Positions 1 through 10,448 of a DNA stretch of 64,000 bases are shown here, in pieces. Position numbers and translations under genes: made by a program. The notes beneath the pieces are model-generated. The model was not told the origin of the DNA and ran no database searches. It saw only the letters and a program-made list of their open reading frames with translations. Positions within the stretch are counted from its first letter, which is position 1, and every line of letters begins with the position of its first letter. Source of the stretch: an uncultured Gammaproteobacteria bacterium (GTDB lineage Bacteria; Patescibacteriota; Microgenomatia; UBA8517); the NCBI GenBank assembly GCA_964506225.1, contig CAZDKH010000010.1, forward strand, positions 23,019-87,018, in the 5' to 3' direction.

Positions 1-845
1 ATAAGAAAAATCTCGGAGCCTCCGCCACCAGAAACAGGGCAGCTAAATTTGCGAAAGGTGAAGTCTTGGTTTTTTTGGATAATGACACCCAAGTTCGTCG
101 TGATTGGCTTTTAAAAATTGTTGAGCCTTTTATTGCTAAACCAAACATTGGAGGAGTCCAATCATTGCTTTTGGATATGGATAAAAAAGCTCTGATACAG
201 CATGCTGGTGCTATAATGCTTCCTCAGGTTGCCTGGGCAGTGCCTTTTTACCAATGGAAAAGCTATACCAAGACAAAAAGGTTGCTCAAAGAAAGACAGA
301 TAATTGCAGTTTCAGCAGCCTTGGCAGTTAGAAAAAAAGTTTTTGAAAAAATAGGAGGGTTTGACGAAAAAGAAGCAGTTTATACAGAGGACACTGATTT
401 TTCTTGGAGAGTTTGGATTGCTGGATATGAAGTTGTCTTGGCAAAAGATGCAATTGTTTATCATCTTGCAAAGTCGGTAACCGCCAGAGCGCACATGGGG
501 GGAAGTTACTATAAGATTTATTTTCATCTGGCCAAAAATTCTTTTCGTTCGATTATCAAAAATTATCAACTTAAAAATGTCTTGAAATATTTGCCGCAAA
601 GTGTGCTTGTGAATATCGGGCGGGGATTTCTAGTATTAATAAGAAGGGGGGAGCAATCTGCCCTACTGGCAAGCATCCGAGCAATATTTTGGAATTTTGG
701 TAATTTAAGTGATAATTTAAGACAAAGACACTTGGTTCAGTCCAAAAGACTTTTTTCTGACAAATTTATAATGGAAAAAGTGTTCGATCAGAGAAGTCTG
801 AATGAGATCTATCAAAGCTATTTTGTTCAAACAGGTCTAATATGA
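1..845 (+). CDS. Glycosyltransferase family 2 (GT-A), 5'-truncated by window edge
   Basis: The frame of ORF 66..845 stays open to the window edge; from nt 3 it reads KKNLGASATRNRAAKFAKGEVLVFLDNDTQV. The 'FLDNDT' DxD-type region and 'YTEDTDFSWR' are typical of GT2. The TGA stop overlaps the next start (ATGA). Confidence 0.8.
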   Translation, partial: KKNLGASATRNRAAKFAKGEVLVFLDNDTQVRRDWLLKIVEPFIAKPNIGGVQSLLLDMDKKALIQHAGAIMLPQVAWAVPFYQWKSYTKTKRLLKERQIIAVSAALAVRKKVFEKIGGFDEKEAVYTEDTDFSWRVWIAGYEVVLAKDAIVYHLAKSVTARAHMGGSYYKIYFHLAKNSFRSIIKNYQLKNVLKYLPQSVLVNIGRGFLVLIRRGEQSALLASIRAIFWNFGNLSDNLRQRHLVQSKRLFSDKFIMEKVFDQRSLNEIYQSYFVQTGLI

Positions 846-1714
846 TTTTTTTAAAATCAGTTAAGTACATATTTCTTAGCATTCTAAAATCAGCTAGTAA
901 AATTTTTCTTGGTAGTGGAATAGGTAGATACAAACTTATAGCTTGGTTTTATCATCTAGTTGTTCCCCTGTTACGGCCAGATTATGTAAAAGTTGATGGA
1001 CATATAATGTACCTAGACAAGAAGGACTCTTTATCCTTGTCTGTCTTGGGTTTCTATGAGCCTTCAGTTTCATGGGCTATTCAAAATGAAATTAAAAAGG
1101 GGATGACAGTTATTGATGTAGGCGCAAATATCGGTTACTTTACTTTACTAATGGCAAGATGTGTAGGTGCAAGTGGCAAGGTCTATGCCTTCGAGCCCGA
1201 TCCGGAAAACTTTAACCTTTTAAGAAAAAATGTCAGGATAAACGGATATAAGAATGTCATTTTAGTTAAAGCGGCGGTTGCTCGTAAGAAAGGTAAAATA
1301 GGGCTTTTTGTAAATGAAAATTCAAACGCTGAACATAGCATCTATAGCTTTTCTAAAAATCAAAAGAAAATCTTGGTTAATTCTTGGAGTTTGGATGAGT
1401 ACTTTAGCGACAAGGATAAAAAAGTTGATTTTGTTAAATTAGATATTCAAGGTGCCGAGCCGGAGGCTCTTTTGGGTATGAAAAAACTCATTAGAAAAAA
1501 TCCGAAAATTGAAATTTTAACTGAGGTTTGGCCTCTAGGGCTTGAAAAATCCAAAGTAACACCTGGTGAATTTATAGACAAACTAAGACTTTTAGGATTC
1601 AAAATTTGTTTATTGCGAGATGATAAAAAATATGTGAAAAAAGAATTTTCGAAAAAAAGTGCTCTTCTTAATCTTAGACATTACGGTTATTTGAATATTC
1701 TCTGTTATAGATGA
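842..1714 (+). CDS. FkbM-family SAM-dependent methyltransferase
   Basis: 'VIDVGANIGYFTLLMARCVGASGKVYAFEPDPENFNLLRKNVRINGY' matches the FkbM-type SAM-binding block. The gene is start/stop coupled to both neighbours. Confidence 0.8.
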   Translation: MIFLKSVKYIFLSILKSASKIFLGSGIGRYKLIAWFYHLVVPLLRPDYVKVDGHIMYLDKKDSLSLSVLGFYEPSVSWAIQNEIKKGMTVIDVGANIGYFTLLMARCVGASGKVYAFEPDPENFNLLRKNVRINGYKNVILVKAAVARKKGKIGLFVNENSNAEHSIYSFSKNQKKILVNSWSLDEYFSDKDKKVDFVKLDIQGAEPEALLGMKKLIRKNPKIEILTEVWPLGLEKSKVTPGEFIDKLRLLGFKICLLRDDKKYVKKEFSKKSALLNLRHYGYLNILCYR

Positions 1715-4700
1715 ATATGTTCATGAGAAAATTTTTTTTAAATAAAAACCCCATTGTCCTGCTTTTAGTTGTTTCAACTCTTCTGTCTCTTTTTTGGTTT
1801 AGAAACGGCAATATCATGGGGGTGGGGGAAAGTGGGTTGATTTTTTATGATTTCTCAAGAGTTCTTGATTTAGTGAGATTTAGCTGGGCTGAGTTTTGTC
1901 TAGGGAATGTTGTCGGTATAGTAACTGCGTCTGCGCCAACCTTTTGGTTTCTTTTGCAACTTCAAAATATAAAAATTCCAAATTTTCTTATACAAGCTCT
2001 ATTTATCAATTTTTCCTTTTTTATTTCTGGTTTGGGAGTTTACCTTTTGGTTGGCGAGCTTTTCCCAAACCTCAGTAAAAAATCCAGATTATTGTCTGCC
2101 TTTTTTTATCTTTTTAATCCTATTTCTTTAGTTAATGTTTGGACGAGATTTTTGTATAACTACATGTTTTTTATGGCCCTTTTACCCATCGCACTTTTTT
2201 TATTTTTGAAAGGTATTAGTTCTAAAGACTACCGCTTTGCGATATTAACTTCTTTGGCAACAGTATTTTTTTCATATTCCCTAACTTCCACGGTTTTTAA
2301 TTTTTTGCTTTGGTTTGTTTTGATTTTGGCGTTTTGTTTTTCTTTCTTTTGCGACAAAAAGGATTTCTTTTTTTATATAAAATATTTTTTTCTTACTTTG
2401 TTTAGTTTTCTTTTTTTTAATTCCTGGTGGTTGGGACAACTTTTGAGCTTTTTGTATTCAAGCGGGTATAAAGTGGCAGTGATGGAATTTTTCACTCAGG
2501 CAGGAAATATAGGAACACTAGTTACCTTAAGTGGTATTCTTGGTAAATTAAGCGAAATCTTTAGGTTTTCCCATAAAACTTTTTTCTCCAAGGGACCTTG
2601 GTGGGCAAAAATTTATAACCTTCCACCGATTGTTTTTTTGGAGTTTTTAATTTCCGGAATTGTCTTTTGGACGATTTTTAAATACAAGAGGATAAGAAAT
2701 ATTCTTTTTTGTGGAATTTTATTTCTACTGGCTGCTTTTTTGATGAAAGGTAGTGAGCCTCCATTGGGCTATATATTTCAACTTGCTTTTGAAAAACTTA
2801 GCATCCTTCAGGTTTTTAGAAATCCTTTTGAAAAATTTGGTTTCCTGTTTTCTTTGGCTTCGTCTTTAATTTTTGCTTTTGGAATAGAGAAAATTACACT
2901 TCTTTTAAAGAATCGAATTTACAAAAAGTTTGTTCTTTTCACCGCACTTTTTACAGTCTTGGTGGTCTGGGGTTTTCCATTTTTAACCGGCCTTGTTTTC
3001 ACTAGTAACGAGGGAACAAGTGATGATAAATTGGCTGATTACGAAGTTAAAGTTCCTTCTTATTATAAAGATGCTAATAACTGGCTTACAGAGGAAAACC
3101 CCGAATTTCGTTTTGTTTCCCTTCCAATTGATGGGGAGCCCATAAATTATTCTTGGGAAAAGCCTTATCGGGGGGTGGAGTTATCAACTACTTTATTTAA
3201 AAATCCAAACATATCTTTGAATACTTCTATCCCTTATTACAATAAGGTCGTAAGTGAGTTGGATTGGATTTTTCTAAATAATCATAATTTTGAGGAAGTT
3301 TTGAATGTTTTGGATGCAAGATATGTGATTAATAGGTTTGATATAGATTGGAAGAGACGTGGCATGAGAAATCCTGTTGTTGTTGAGGAACTTCTTAAGT
3401 CACAGGAAAATTTTGTCAAAGTTGCCTCTTTTGGAAAACTTGATTTTTGGAAGAGTAATTTAATAAACCCTTATGGAAAATTTTATGCAACACAAAAATT
3501 GGTAGAAAGCATTCCTTATCCCGCAATTTCAGATTTGGGATTTTATGAATTGAATTCAAAAGTCACCTTATACTCAGGGAGTAATCTAAAAGCGAATGAA
3601 AAAATTATTCACCCCTCGAGAAGATTTTATTTGGAATATCCTCCGGCAACTTTTTTTGAAGAAAGACAGGACATTTTTCCCCACGTGCGTTTTTTGCCTT
3701 CTTCGCCTTTTTACCCTTTTGTGTTGCTCAAAGAAAAAATTGAAAAACTTTTCATCAACGATAGTACTGAGCTTTCTGAGTGGATTTTAACTATTCTGGG
3801 CAAAAGACTCAACGAATTCAGACAGTCAGTTCAAAAAAAGAATTTTAAAGCTGCAGCACTTGCATTAAATCGCTATAGCAAGGAGCTTCAGGAATTTGGA
3901 ATTTTACAAAAGAAAGCTGGTTTAGTAAATGAAAGTTCAGATTATTCAGACAATTGGCTGCAGGAAAAAAATTATGGTCTTTTTGCAAGACACTTGGGTG
4001 TTTTATCCGAGGATTATCAGCTTGTTGGCACTAACGATTTATTGGAAAAAGTAAATACTACGAAAAGTTTACTCAAAGAAACACTCGTAGAATTGGGTAT
4101 TTCGCCAAAATTTGACTATATAGACAATGAGTCAATGCCAGTTGCCGGTAGAAAAACTTTCCAAGTTAGTGTGCCGGAAGACGGGGATTATGAATTGTTA
4201 ATTGATATGAAAAACTGGGATAAGTTTTATGAGATAGAAGGATTTGAAATACAGTTTCAAATTGACAATCAAGTGCTTTCTAAAGCTGGAAATGTTGGCA
4301 AAAATGGTATAGTTTCTTTTGGTAAGTTTAATTTTAGTAAGGGAGTTCATGAGATTGGCTTTAATACCCCCAAGCAGAAAAATTTGATTGATGCCCCAAC
4401 GGAATTTTCGATGGTCTCAAGCCAGGGAATTCAGGAAAAAGCATTTGAACTAAAAAATTTTGACCCTTACTCAGCCTATCAAATTAGTTTTGATTATCTG
4501 ATTAAAAAGGGTTCGGGAATCAAGATTTATTTTGAAGCTGATAATGACCGAGTTGTTGATGGCGAGGTTAAATACAGCTTCAGTAAATTTTTTGGTCCCG
4601 ATGAAAAAAACTACGATTTTGATTATAAGAAATATGTTTTAAACCTTACCCCCAATAGCGGGGCCACGAGTGCTAGAATTGGAGTGAGCGTGACTCCTTG

Positions 4701-5223
4701 GAATGACTGTTTTAGTATCTACAAAGGCTTATTTAGTTATGTTTGCAGAAACGAGTCTTTTAAACACAAGTACGATAAGACAACCGAAGTTGTTGTTAAA
4801 AACCTTAAAGTGCAAAAAGTACCCAATCCCAGATTATTTTTGCATTATTTAACAGACAAAACCAACACCAACATAAACGGAGAGCTTCCGATTATAACTT
4901 ACGACAAAATCAATTCAACCTTATATAAAGTCAAGGTTACCTCTTCCCGGGAGAAATACTATCTAATATTTTCCGAGCTTTTTAATTCTGGTTGGCAGGT
5001 TGAATTTCCTGACGGCCAAATCCTCTCCGAGGATAAACATTTTTTAGCAAACGGCTTTGCCAATGGATGGGAAATTGACCTTAAAGGTGATTATGAACTT
5101 CTGGTAAAATACGCGCCGCAGGATTTTCTGGAAAAAGGGAGTATTATCTCACTAATCTCTATTTTAGGAGGTATAGCTGTTTTGATTTATCAAACCCTTA
5201 TAAGAAGACATGCGAGTAATTAA
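1711..5223 (+). CDS. Giant polytopic membrane protein, GT-C-type glycosyltransferase-like (AftD/YfhO-like architecture)
   Basis: 1170-aa ORF. The N-terminal third is highly hydrophobic with many predicted helices and an early acidic loop, 'GESGLIFYDFSRVL'. A long soluble region follows, then a single C-terminal helix ('IISLISILGGIAVLIY') and a basic tail. The family was assigned from recall of the architecture, not from a search. Confidence 0.6.
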   Translation: MNMFMRKFFLNKNPIVLLLVVSTLLSLFWFRNGNIMGVGESGLIFYDFSRVLDLVRFSWAEFCLGNVVGIVTASAPTFWFLLQLQNIKIPNFLIQALFINFSFFISGLGVYLLVGELFPNLSKKSRLLSAFFYLFNPISLVNVWTRFLYNYMFFMALLPIALFLFLKGISSKDYRFAILTSLATVFFSYSLTSTVFNFLLWFVLILAFCFSFFCDKKDFFFYIKYFFLTLFSFLFFNSWWLGQLLSFLYSSGYKVAVMEFFTQAGNIGTLVTLSGILGKLSEIFRFSHKTFFSKGPWWAKIYNLPPIVFLEFLISGIVFWTIFKYKRIRNILFCGILFLLAAFLMKGSEPPLGYIFQLAFEKLSILQVFRNPFEKFGFLFSLASSLIFAFGIEKITLLLKNRIYKKFVLFTALFTVLVVWGFPFLTGLVFTSNEGTSDDKLADYEVKVPSYYKDANNWLTEENPEFRFVSLPIDGEPINYSWEKPYRGVELSTTLFKNPNISLNTSIPYYNKVVSELDWIFLNNHNFEEVLNVLDARYVINRFDIDWKRRGMRNPVVVEELLKSQENFVKVASFGKLDFWKSNLINPYGKFYATQKLVESIPYPAISDLGFYELNSKVTLYSGSNLKANEKIIHPSRRFYLEYPPATFFEERQDIFPHVRFLPSSPFYPFVLLKEKIEKLFINDSTELSEWILTILGKRLNEFRQSVQKKNFKAAALALNRYSKELQEFGILQKKAGLVNESSDYSDNWLQEKNYGLFARHLGVLSEDYQLVGTNDLLEKVNTTKSLLKETLVELGISPKFDYIDNESMPVAGRKTFQVSVPEDGDYELLIDMKNWDKFYEIEGFEIQFQIDNQVLSKAGNVGKNGIVSFGKFNFSKGVHEIGFNTPKQKNLIDAPTEFSMVSSQGIQEKAFELKNFDPYSAYQISFDYLIKKGSGIKIYFEADNDRVVDGEVKYSFSKFFGPDEKNYDFDYKKYVLNLTPNSGATSARIGVSVTPWNDCFSIYKGLFSYVCRNESFKHKYDKTTEVVVKNLKVQKVPNPRLFLHYLTDKTNTNINGELPIITYDKINSTLYKVKVTSSREKYYLIFSELFNSGWQVEFPDGQILSEDKHFLANGFANGWEIDLKGDYELLVKYAPQDFLEKGSIISLISILGGIAVLIYQTLIRRHASN

Positions 5224-5545
5224 ATTATTGATTTTTGCAGGTTTTGTAATTTTATTTTTGGGTCTTTTTGTTCTTCAGGCTTGGTTTAATATCACTAAGT
5301 CCGATTTTTCTTTGCAACCTCTTGTTTACTGGTTGGTTTTTGTTGTTTGGATTATGGTTTTGCTAAATTTCAGGCTCTCAAGCTCTTGGACTCTGGCAGC
5401 AGCTTTTGTCCTTTTTTTGCTCGCTGCAGCCTTGAGCACTTTGGGACATGCCGGAACTGGTGAGGCAACAATGAAAATAAGCTTTATTGGCTGGATAATA
5501 GGAATTATCCAAGCTTTAATTGAATATAAAAAGGGTCATGTTTAA
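5210..5545 (+). CDS. Small polytopic membrane protein (about 4 hydrophobic segments), unknown function
   Basis: 111-aa ORF made almost entirely of hydrophobic helices. It overlaps the stop of the giant upstream gene by 14 nt, which suggests translational coupling. Confidence 0.5.
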   Translation: MRVIKLLIFAGFVILFLGLFVLQAWFNITKSDFSLQPLVYWLVFVVWIMVLLNFRLSSSWTLAAAFVLFLLAAALSTLGHAGTGEATMKISFIGWIIGIIQALIEYKKGHV

Positions 5546-5723
5546 AAATAATCTCCCGGCGTTTTTTTTTACTCTGGCCATTCTTTTTCTTTTTGGAAGC
5601 TTGATATCTATTTTACTAGGCCACATGGGCTTTGCTTTAAGAGTATTTAAATATATTTATTTTACTTTGGTTGTCGGGGTTTTAATGTATATCTTAAGCA
5701 TCCGAAAATATGAAAAAAAATAG
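5538..5723 (+). CDS. Small 2-helix membrane protein, unknown function
   Basis: The ORF track starts at TTG 5520. The ATG at 5538 is preferred because it overlaps the upstream stop (ATGTTTAA) and is preceded by AAAAGGG. The protein has two hydrophobic segments and overlaps the next gene's start. Confidence 0.4.
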   Translation: MFKNNLPAFFFTLAILFLFGSLISILLGHMGFALRVFKYIYFTLVVGVLMYILSIRKYEKK

Positions 5724-8460
5724 GCTTCTTTTGATATTAGTACTTATTATTGTTTTTGGCCGGCTTTTTTTGCCGGGACCAAGGGCGGCCGGAGATTTCC
5801 CTTTTAGTTCTTCAGAGACGGTTAGGGAAGGATTTAATATACCTCAAGTTTGGTCGTCAAGAGGTAATGGTATGGGCAGATACGTTCTTTCTACTCTTTG
5901 GGCTTGGCCGGTTGATTTTTTATATGGAATGGGAGCTTTTTTGGGTTTAGATTTTTCTGTCCTTGAACGAATAATAGGCATTTTTCCGGTTCTTGTCTTT
6001 GGCATTTTTGGAATTTCAAGATTACTAAGACGCTTGGGGGTTTCTGGTATAGGAAAGATGGCTTCAATATTGGTGTATGTGGCTAATTCATATCTTATTT
6101 TACTTATAGATGGAGGACAACTTTCTGTCGCCATGGCCTATGCTTTTCTGCCATTGACTTTTTTGACTTTTGAGGATTCGCTTGAGGGAAACTTAAGAAA
6201 AAAAATTCTTGCAGGTCTTGCGGTATCTATTCTTGGATTTTTCGATTTAAGATTTGTCTTTGTTTTTTTATTGATTCTTCTTTTGAAATTTGTATATGAA
6301 TTATTATTTTTGCATTCCAGAGAATGGCCACACTTCTTACTAAGTTGGTTTAGAAGTGGTTTGGTTATCCTTCTTGTTATGGTTGGACTACATAGTTTCT
6401 GGATTTTTTCGTCTTTTTTGGCTAAACCTCCTCAATTGCCGGCAGGTTATCTTCGCAAAGAACAAACCCAGTTTTTGAATTTTGCAAACATTGGACATGC
6501 GACACTTTTATTGCAGCCCCACTGGTTTAAAAACGTCTTTGGCAAGGTTACTCATTTAAAAGCCGATTTTTTTCTTATACCTTTATTGGTTTTTTTAGCA
6601 CCCATTCTCAGAAAGAGGGATAAAACACTTGGTTTTTGGTTATTTGTTTTACTGGTTGGTATTTTTTTAGTCAAGGGTTCAAACCCTCCACTGTCAGAAA
6701 TTTATGCTTGGCTTTTTACTAACATAGCTGGATTTTCTTTTTTTCGTGACTCGACTAAATTCTTTGTTTTAATTGCGCTATCATATTCTGTTCTTGTTGG
6801 GATTGCGGTAAACGAGTTGAACAAGAAGATTGCTTGGTTAGCAAGGTTTTTGCCTTTGGGGATTTTTTTGTACTTTGTAATTATTATGCGACCGGTGTGG
6901 TTGGGGAAGATGACCGGGATGTTTTCTTTACCGGTTTATCAAAAAGAATTTTCATTTTTAGAAAACGTTTTAAAATCCGATGAGAATTGGGGCAGAGTAC
7001 TTTGGATTCCTACCAGATTTCCAATGGGATATTCTTCTTTACAACACACTGCTCTCTCGGCAACTGATTTAACAGAAATTCGGCCATTTATTACAGGAAA
7101 CGTTGGCACGTATGAGATATTTAATTTTATTCGCGAATCCAAATTTGTAAGTCAGCTTTTTGATGTTGCCGGGATTTCTTATGTTGTTTATCCTTATCCT
7201 GACGAAAGAAGAGAAGATTTAAACGAGGACGAAAGAGAGTATTATCAAATCTTTTTGAATCAATTGGTAAGTTTGGATTGGCTTAGCGTCATTAAAAATG
7301 AGAGCAAAGTTCCGATATTAAAAACCCTGAAACACCAAAATCATATTTTTGTGGCTCCGAAATTTTGGTGGGTAGTTGGTTCTGACCGAATTTATTCTGA
7401 TTTGGTATCAATAAAAGATTTTGATTTATCCAAAAACGCCATTATCTTTTTGGAAGAAAATACAGATCTTTTTGGTAAATTTATTAAATATCCAAACTCA
7501 AAAGTTATTTTATACGATAAAAATACAATTGATTTGGCAGTAAGCTCTTTGGACTCTGAAGACCTGATTTTCCCAGCTAAAAACTTGACCCTATCTCCTA
7601 ATGATAGTGGCTGGTGGAAAAGAGAAGCTTCGGATTTTCTCAGTTGGCGATTTTTTTTGCAGGAGAAATATGGTGTTGATAATCTTGACTTTGATTTATC
7701 GGGCGGATGGGCAGTCGGAGAAGGAAATTTAAGCCTAAAAATTAAGAATGCGAAGTTGAAAAAAGGAACTTTGTTATTAGCCAGAGTAATGGAAAGTTCA
7801 AAGGGGGGAGTTATTCGATTTTATCAAGATTCAAAACTGATAGGTGAAGTTAATACTTTACTAACTGCTCCTAAGAAAATTGAAATCAAACTTACAGGTT
7901 ATCAGGACGTCCCCGACAAATATTTTATTTATGACGAGGCAAATATCAGATGGTTTGAGATAGGCAAACTGGAAAGTAGCGGTGAAATTACAATTGAAGT
8001 TAGTGGAGGTATAAATGTTCTTAATGCCCTTGTTGGTATTGAAGAGCAAAGATGGGAACTTCTTAAAAGGAATGTTCAAGATCTTGTTACAAACGCTAAG
8101 GCTTTATTTTGGAGCGACCTTTCTGATAACGAGAAAATTAGTCTATTTACAATAAAAGAAATCCCTGAAGTTGAGTACCTAAGGAAAAACCCCACCGAAT
8201 ACTGGGTAAAAGTTAAAGGACTCAAAGAGCCATCATTTCTGATTTTATCTGAACAATATGATAAATTCTGGCAAATGAATGAAGTTTCATCTCTCCCAGC
8301 TTATAGCTTTTTAAATGCTTTCATGGTGGAAAAAGATGGCTTTTATAAAATTTATTATTCTCCCCAAAAGTATGTTCTACCAGGTCTTGTTATCAGTGGT
8401 TTTTCATTGATACTTGCTAGTGCTATATTAGTAAAGCTTCACAATAAAAAACGGGTATAA
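5710..8460 (+). CDS. Giant polytopic membrane protein, GT-C-type glycosyltransferase-like (second copy of the architecture)
   Basis: 916-aa ORF with the same layout as 1711..5223. It has a hydrophobic N-terminal half with an early 'AAGDFPF' loop, a soluble C-terminal half, and a terminal helix ('LVISGFSLILASAILV') with a basic tail. Confidence 0.55.
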   Translation: MKKNRLLLILVLIIVFGRLFLPGPRAAGDFPFSSSETVREGFNIPQVWSSRGNGMGRYVLSTLWAWPVDFLYGMGAFLGLDFSVLERIIGIFPVLVFGIFGISRLLRRLGVSGIGKMASILVYVANSYLILLIDGGQLSVAMAYAFLPLTFLTFEDSLEGNLRKKILAGLAVSILGFFDLRFVFVFLLILLLKFVYELLFLHSREWPHFLLSWFRSGLVILLVMVGLHSFWIFSSFLAKPPQLPAGYLRKEQTQFLNFANIGHATLLLQPHWFKNVFGKVTHLKADFFLIPLLVFLAPILRKRDKTLGFWLFVLLVGIFLVKGSNPPLSEIYAWLFTNIAGFSFFRDSTKFFVLIALSYSVLVGIAVNELNKKIAWLARFLPLGIFLYFVIIMRPVWLGKMTGMFSLPVYQKEFSFLENVLKSDENWGRVLWIPTRFPMGYSSLQHTALSATDLTEIRPFITGNVGTYEIFNFIRESKFVSQLFDVAGISYVVYPYPDERREDLNEDEREYYQIFLNQLVSLDWLSVIKNESKVPILKTLKHQNHIFVAPKFWWVVGSDRIYSDLVSIKDFDLSKNAIIFLEENTDLFGKFIKYPNSKVILYDKNTIDLAVSSLDSEDLIFPAKNLTLSPNDSGWWKREASDFLSWRFFLQEKYGVDNLDFDLSGGWAVGEGNLSLKIKNAKLKKGTLLLARVMESSKGGVIRFYQDSKLIGEVNTLLTAPKKIEIKLTGYQDVPDKYFIYDEANIRWFEIGKLESSGEITIEVSGGINVLNALVGIEEQRWELLKRNVQDLVTNAKALFWSDLSDNEKISLFTIKEIPEVEYLRKNPTEYWVKVKGLKEPSFLILSEQYDKFWQMNEVSSLPAYSFLNAFMVEKDGFYKIYYSPQKYVLPGLVISGFSLILASAILVKLHNKKRV

Positions 8461-8466
8461 TTATAG

Positions 8467-9732
8467 TTGATGTTATTAAAATTATTTGCTTATTTTAAGA
8501 CTGCAACAATCAGGCAAACAACAATAACCTTTTCCTCAACCTTTATTAATGGACTTTTGGGACTTGCTTTCTACATCTTGGTTGCTAGATTTTTGGGTCC
8601 CGAAGCTTTTGGTCTTTTTAATGTAACAATAGTTCTTATCACTATGGTTTCCGATATTGCTGATTTAGGAACAAATACAGGTATTGTTAGTTTTGTAGGC
8701 AGATATTTCATAAAAAGTAAAGCTCTTGCCTATAAATACTTAAAACTTGGATTGATAGTAAAAATAACCTTGGGGGTTTTAGTAATCATTCTAGGAGAAA
8801 TACTTTCTGGATTTATAGCCTTAGACTTGTTTCAGAAAAAAGAAATCCTAATTCTTCTCAGGGTGGGATTTGTTGGGGCGTTGGGATATTTGATTTTTGG
8901 ATTTGCAACCAGTTGCCTCCAAGCTACCCAAAAATTTTTTCGCTGGGCACTTCTTTATATTGGAACAAACCTTATTAGATTATTATTAATTATAACATTT
9001 TTTTTACTTGGGATTTTAACGAAAGAATTAACTACCTTTGTTTATTTTTTAGTCTTGTTTCTGGGATTTTTGTTTTTTTTGCTAATTTTTCCCACAAACT
9101 TTCTTTACTACAAGACTGAACCAAAAATTGTAAAAAATTTTTTGCATTTTAACAAATGGGTGGCGGCATTTATTGTTGTTTCTGCTCTGTCTTCCAGGAT
9201 TGACTCTTTTATCTCAGTCCGCTTATTGGCTCCCTTGGATCTTGGGTTTTATTCTGCCGCAAATCAGCTTGTACAAGTTGTACCCCAGTTTGTTTCAGCT
9301 TTGGGAATTGTTATTGCGCCCAAAATGGCCTCAATGGGCAAAAGAGAGTCTTTTATCTCTTATTTTAAAAAGACCCAGCTTCTGGTTACTGCCTTTTGTA
9401 TAATCGGGGCATTGGCAACTCCGGTTATGGCTTTTCTCATACCCTTGGTTTTGGGAGATGTTTATCTTGGTTCACAGATTATCTTTGTTATTCTTATGAT
9501 TGCAATGCTCATATTTTTATTTTCAGTTCCTATTCATAGCGCGGTTATCTATTACTTTTCTTACCCAAGATTGTTTTTTTGGTTATCCCTGATTCATCTT
9601 TTTACTGTTTTGACTCTTGGGGTTATTCTTATTAGGTTTTTTGGTGCAGTGGGCGCTTCCTTGGCTGTTTTGGTTGGGTCAATGCTGAATTTTGTTGTAC
9701 CATGTGGCTGGCTTGTCAGAAAATTAAGATGA
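8467..9732 (+). CDS. Wzx-type oligosaccharide/polysaccharide flippase (MOP superfamily)
   Basis: 421 aa and fully polytopic. The N-terminal region 'FINGLLGLAFYILVARFLGPEAFGLFNV' is typical of polysaccharide biosynthesis/flippase proteins. The start may be TTG 8467 or ATG 8470. Confidence 0.75.
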   Translation: MMLLKLFAYFKTATIRQTTITFSSTFINGLLGLAFYILVARFLGPEAFGLFNVTIVLITMVSDIADLGTNTGIVSFVGRYFIKSKALAYKYLKLGLIVKITLGVLVIILGEILSGFIALDLFQKKEILILLRVGFVGALGYLIFGFATSCLQATQKFFRWALLYIGTNLIRLLLIITFFLLGILTKELTTFVYFLVLFLGFLFFLLIFPTNFLYYKTEPKIVKNFLHFNKWVAAFIVVSALSSRIDSFISVRLLAPLDLGFYSAANQLVQVVPQFVSALGIVIAPKMASMGKRESFISYFKKTQLLVTAFCIIGALATPVMAFLIPLVLGDVYLGSQIIFVILMIAMLIFLFSVPIHSAVIYYFSYPRLFFWLSLIHLFTVLTLGVILIRFFGAVGASLAVLVGSMLNFVVPCGWLVRKLR

Positions 9733-10448
9733 TAAAAGGCAAACCCAAGATTATCGTTGTGATGCCCGCTTATAATGCAGAGAAAACTTTAGAAAAGACA
9801 GTTAGAGATATTCCCCCGGGTTTGGCAAATGAGATAATTGTAGTGGATGATGACAGTTCAGACAAAACAGTTAAAAAGGCCAAAGAATTAAAATTAAGAA
9901 CTTTTGTTCATCCCCAAAATCGTGGCTATGGCGCCAATCAAAAAACTTGCTACACACTGGCTTTGAATTATGGAGCAGATATAGTTGTTATGATTCACCC
10001 CGACTATCAATATGATAGTAGCCTAACAGAGGAACTTGTAAGACCAATAATTCAAGGACGGTTTGATATTATGTTGGGGTCAAGAATAAGAACACGCAAA
10101 GAGTCCTTAGATGGTGGAATGCCTTTGTATAAATATCTGGCAAATCGCTTTTTGACAATTGTGGAAAACATTGTTCTTGGACAAAACTTATCAGAGTATC
10201 ACACCGGCTTTAGGGCATTCCATAAAAGAGTGTTAAAGGAAGTTGCGTTTCACAAATTCTCGGACGATTTTGTTTTTGATCAAGAAATACTTATCTCATC
10301 TGTTCAAAAGGGTTTTAGGATAGGAGAAATTCCTGTGCCAGTTCGCTATAATCCTGATTCGTCATCCATAAATTTTCCTCGCTCAGTCAAGTATGGATTC
10401 GAGACACTTTTGGCCTTAATTAAATATCTGATACATCCAAAACCATGA
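9729..10448 (+). CDS. GT2 glycosyltransferase, polyprenyl-phosphate sugar synthase-like (DPM1/GtrB/ArnC-type)
   Basis: 'IIVVMPAYNAEKTLEKTV...IIVVDDDSSDKT' and 'YHTGFRAF'. The start was moved to ATG 9729, which forms an ATGA overlap with the flippase stop; the track start at 9702 lies inside the upstream gene. Confidence 0.75.
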   Translation: MIKGKPKIIVVMPAYNAEKTLEKTVRDIPPGLANEIIVVDDDSSDKTVKKAKELKLRTFVHPQNRGYGANQKTCYTLALNYGADIVVMIHPDYQYDSSLTEELVRPIIQGRFDIMLGSRIRTRKESLDGGMPLYKYLANRFLTIVENIVLGQNLSEYHTGFRAFHKRVLKEVAFHKFSDDFVFDQEILISSVQKGFRIGEIPVPVRYNPDSSSINFPRSVKYGFETLLALIKYLIHPKP

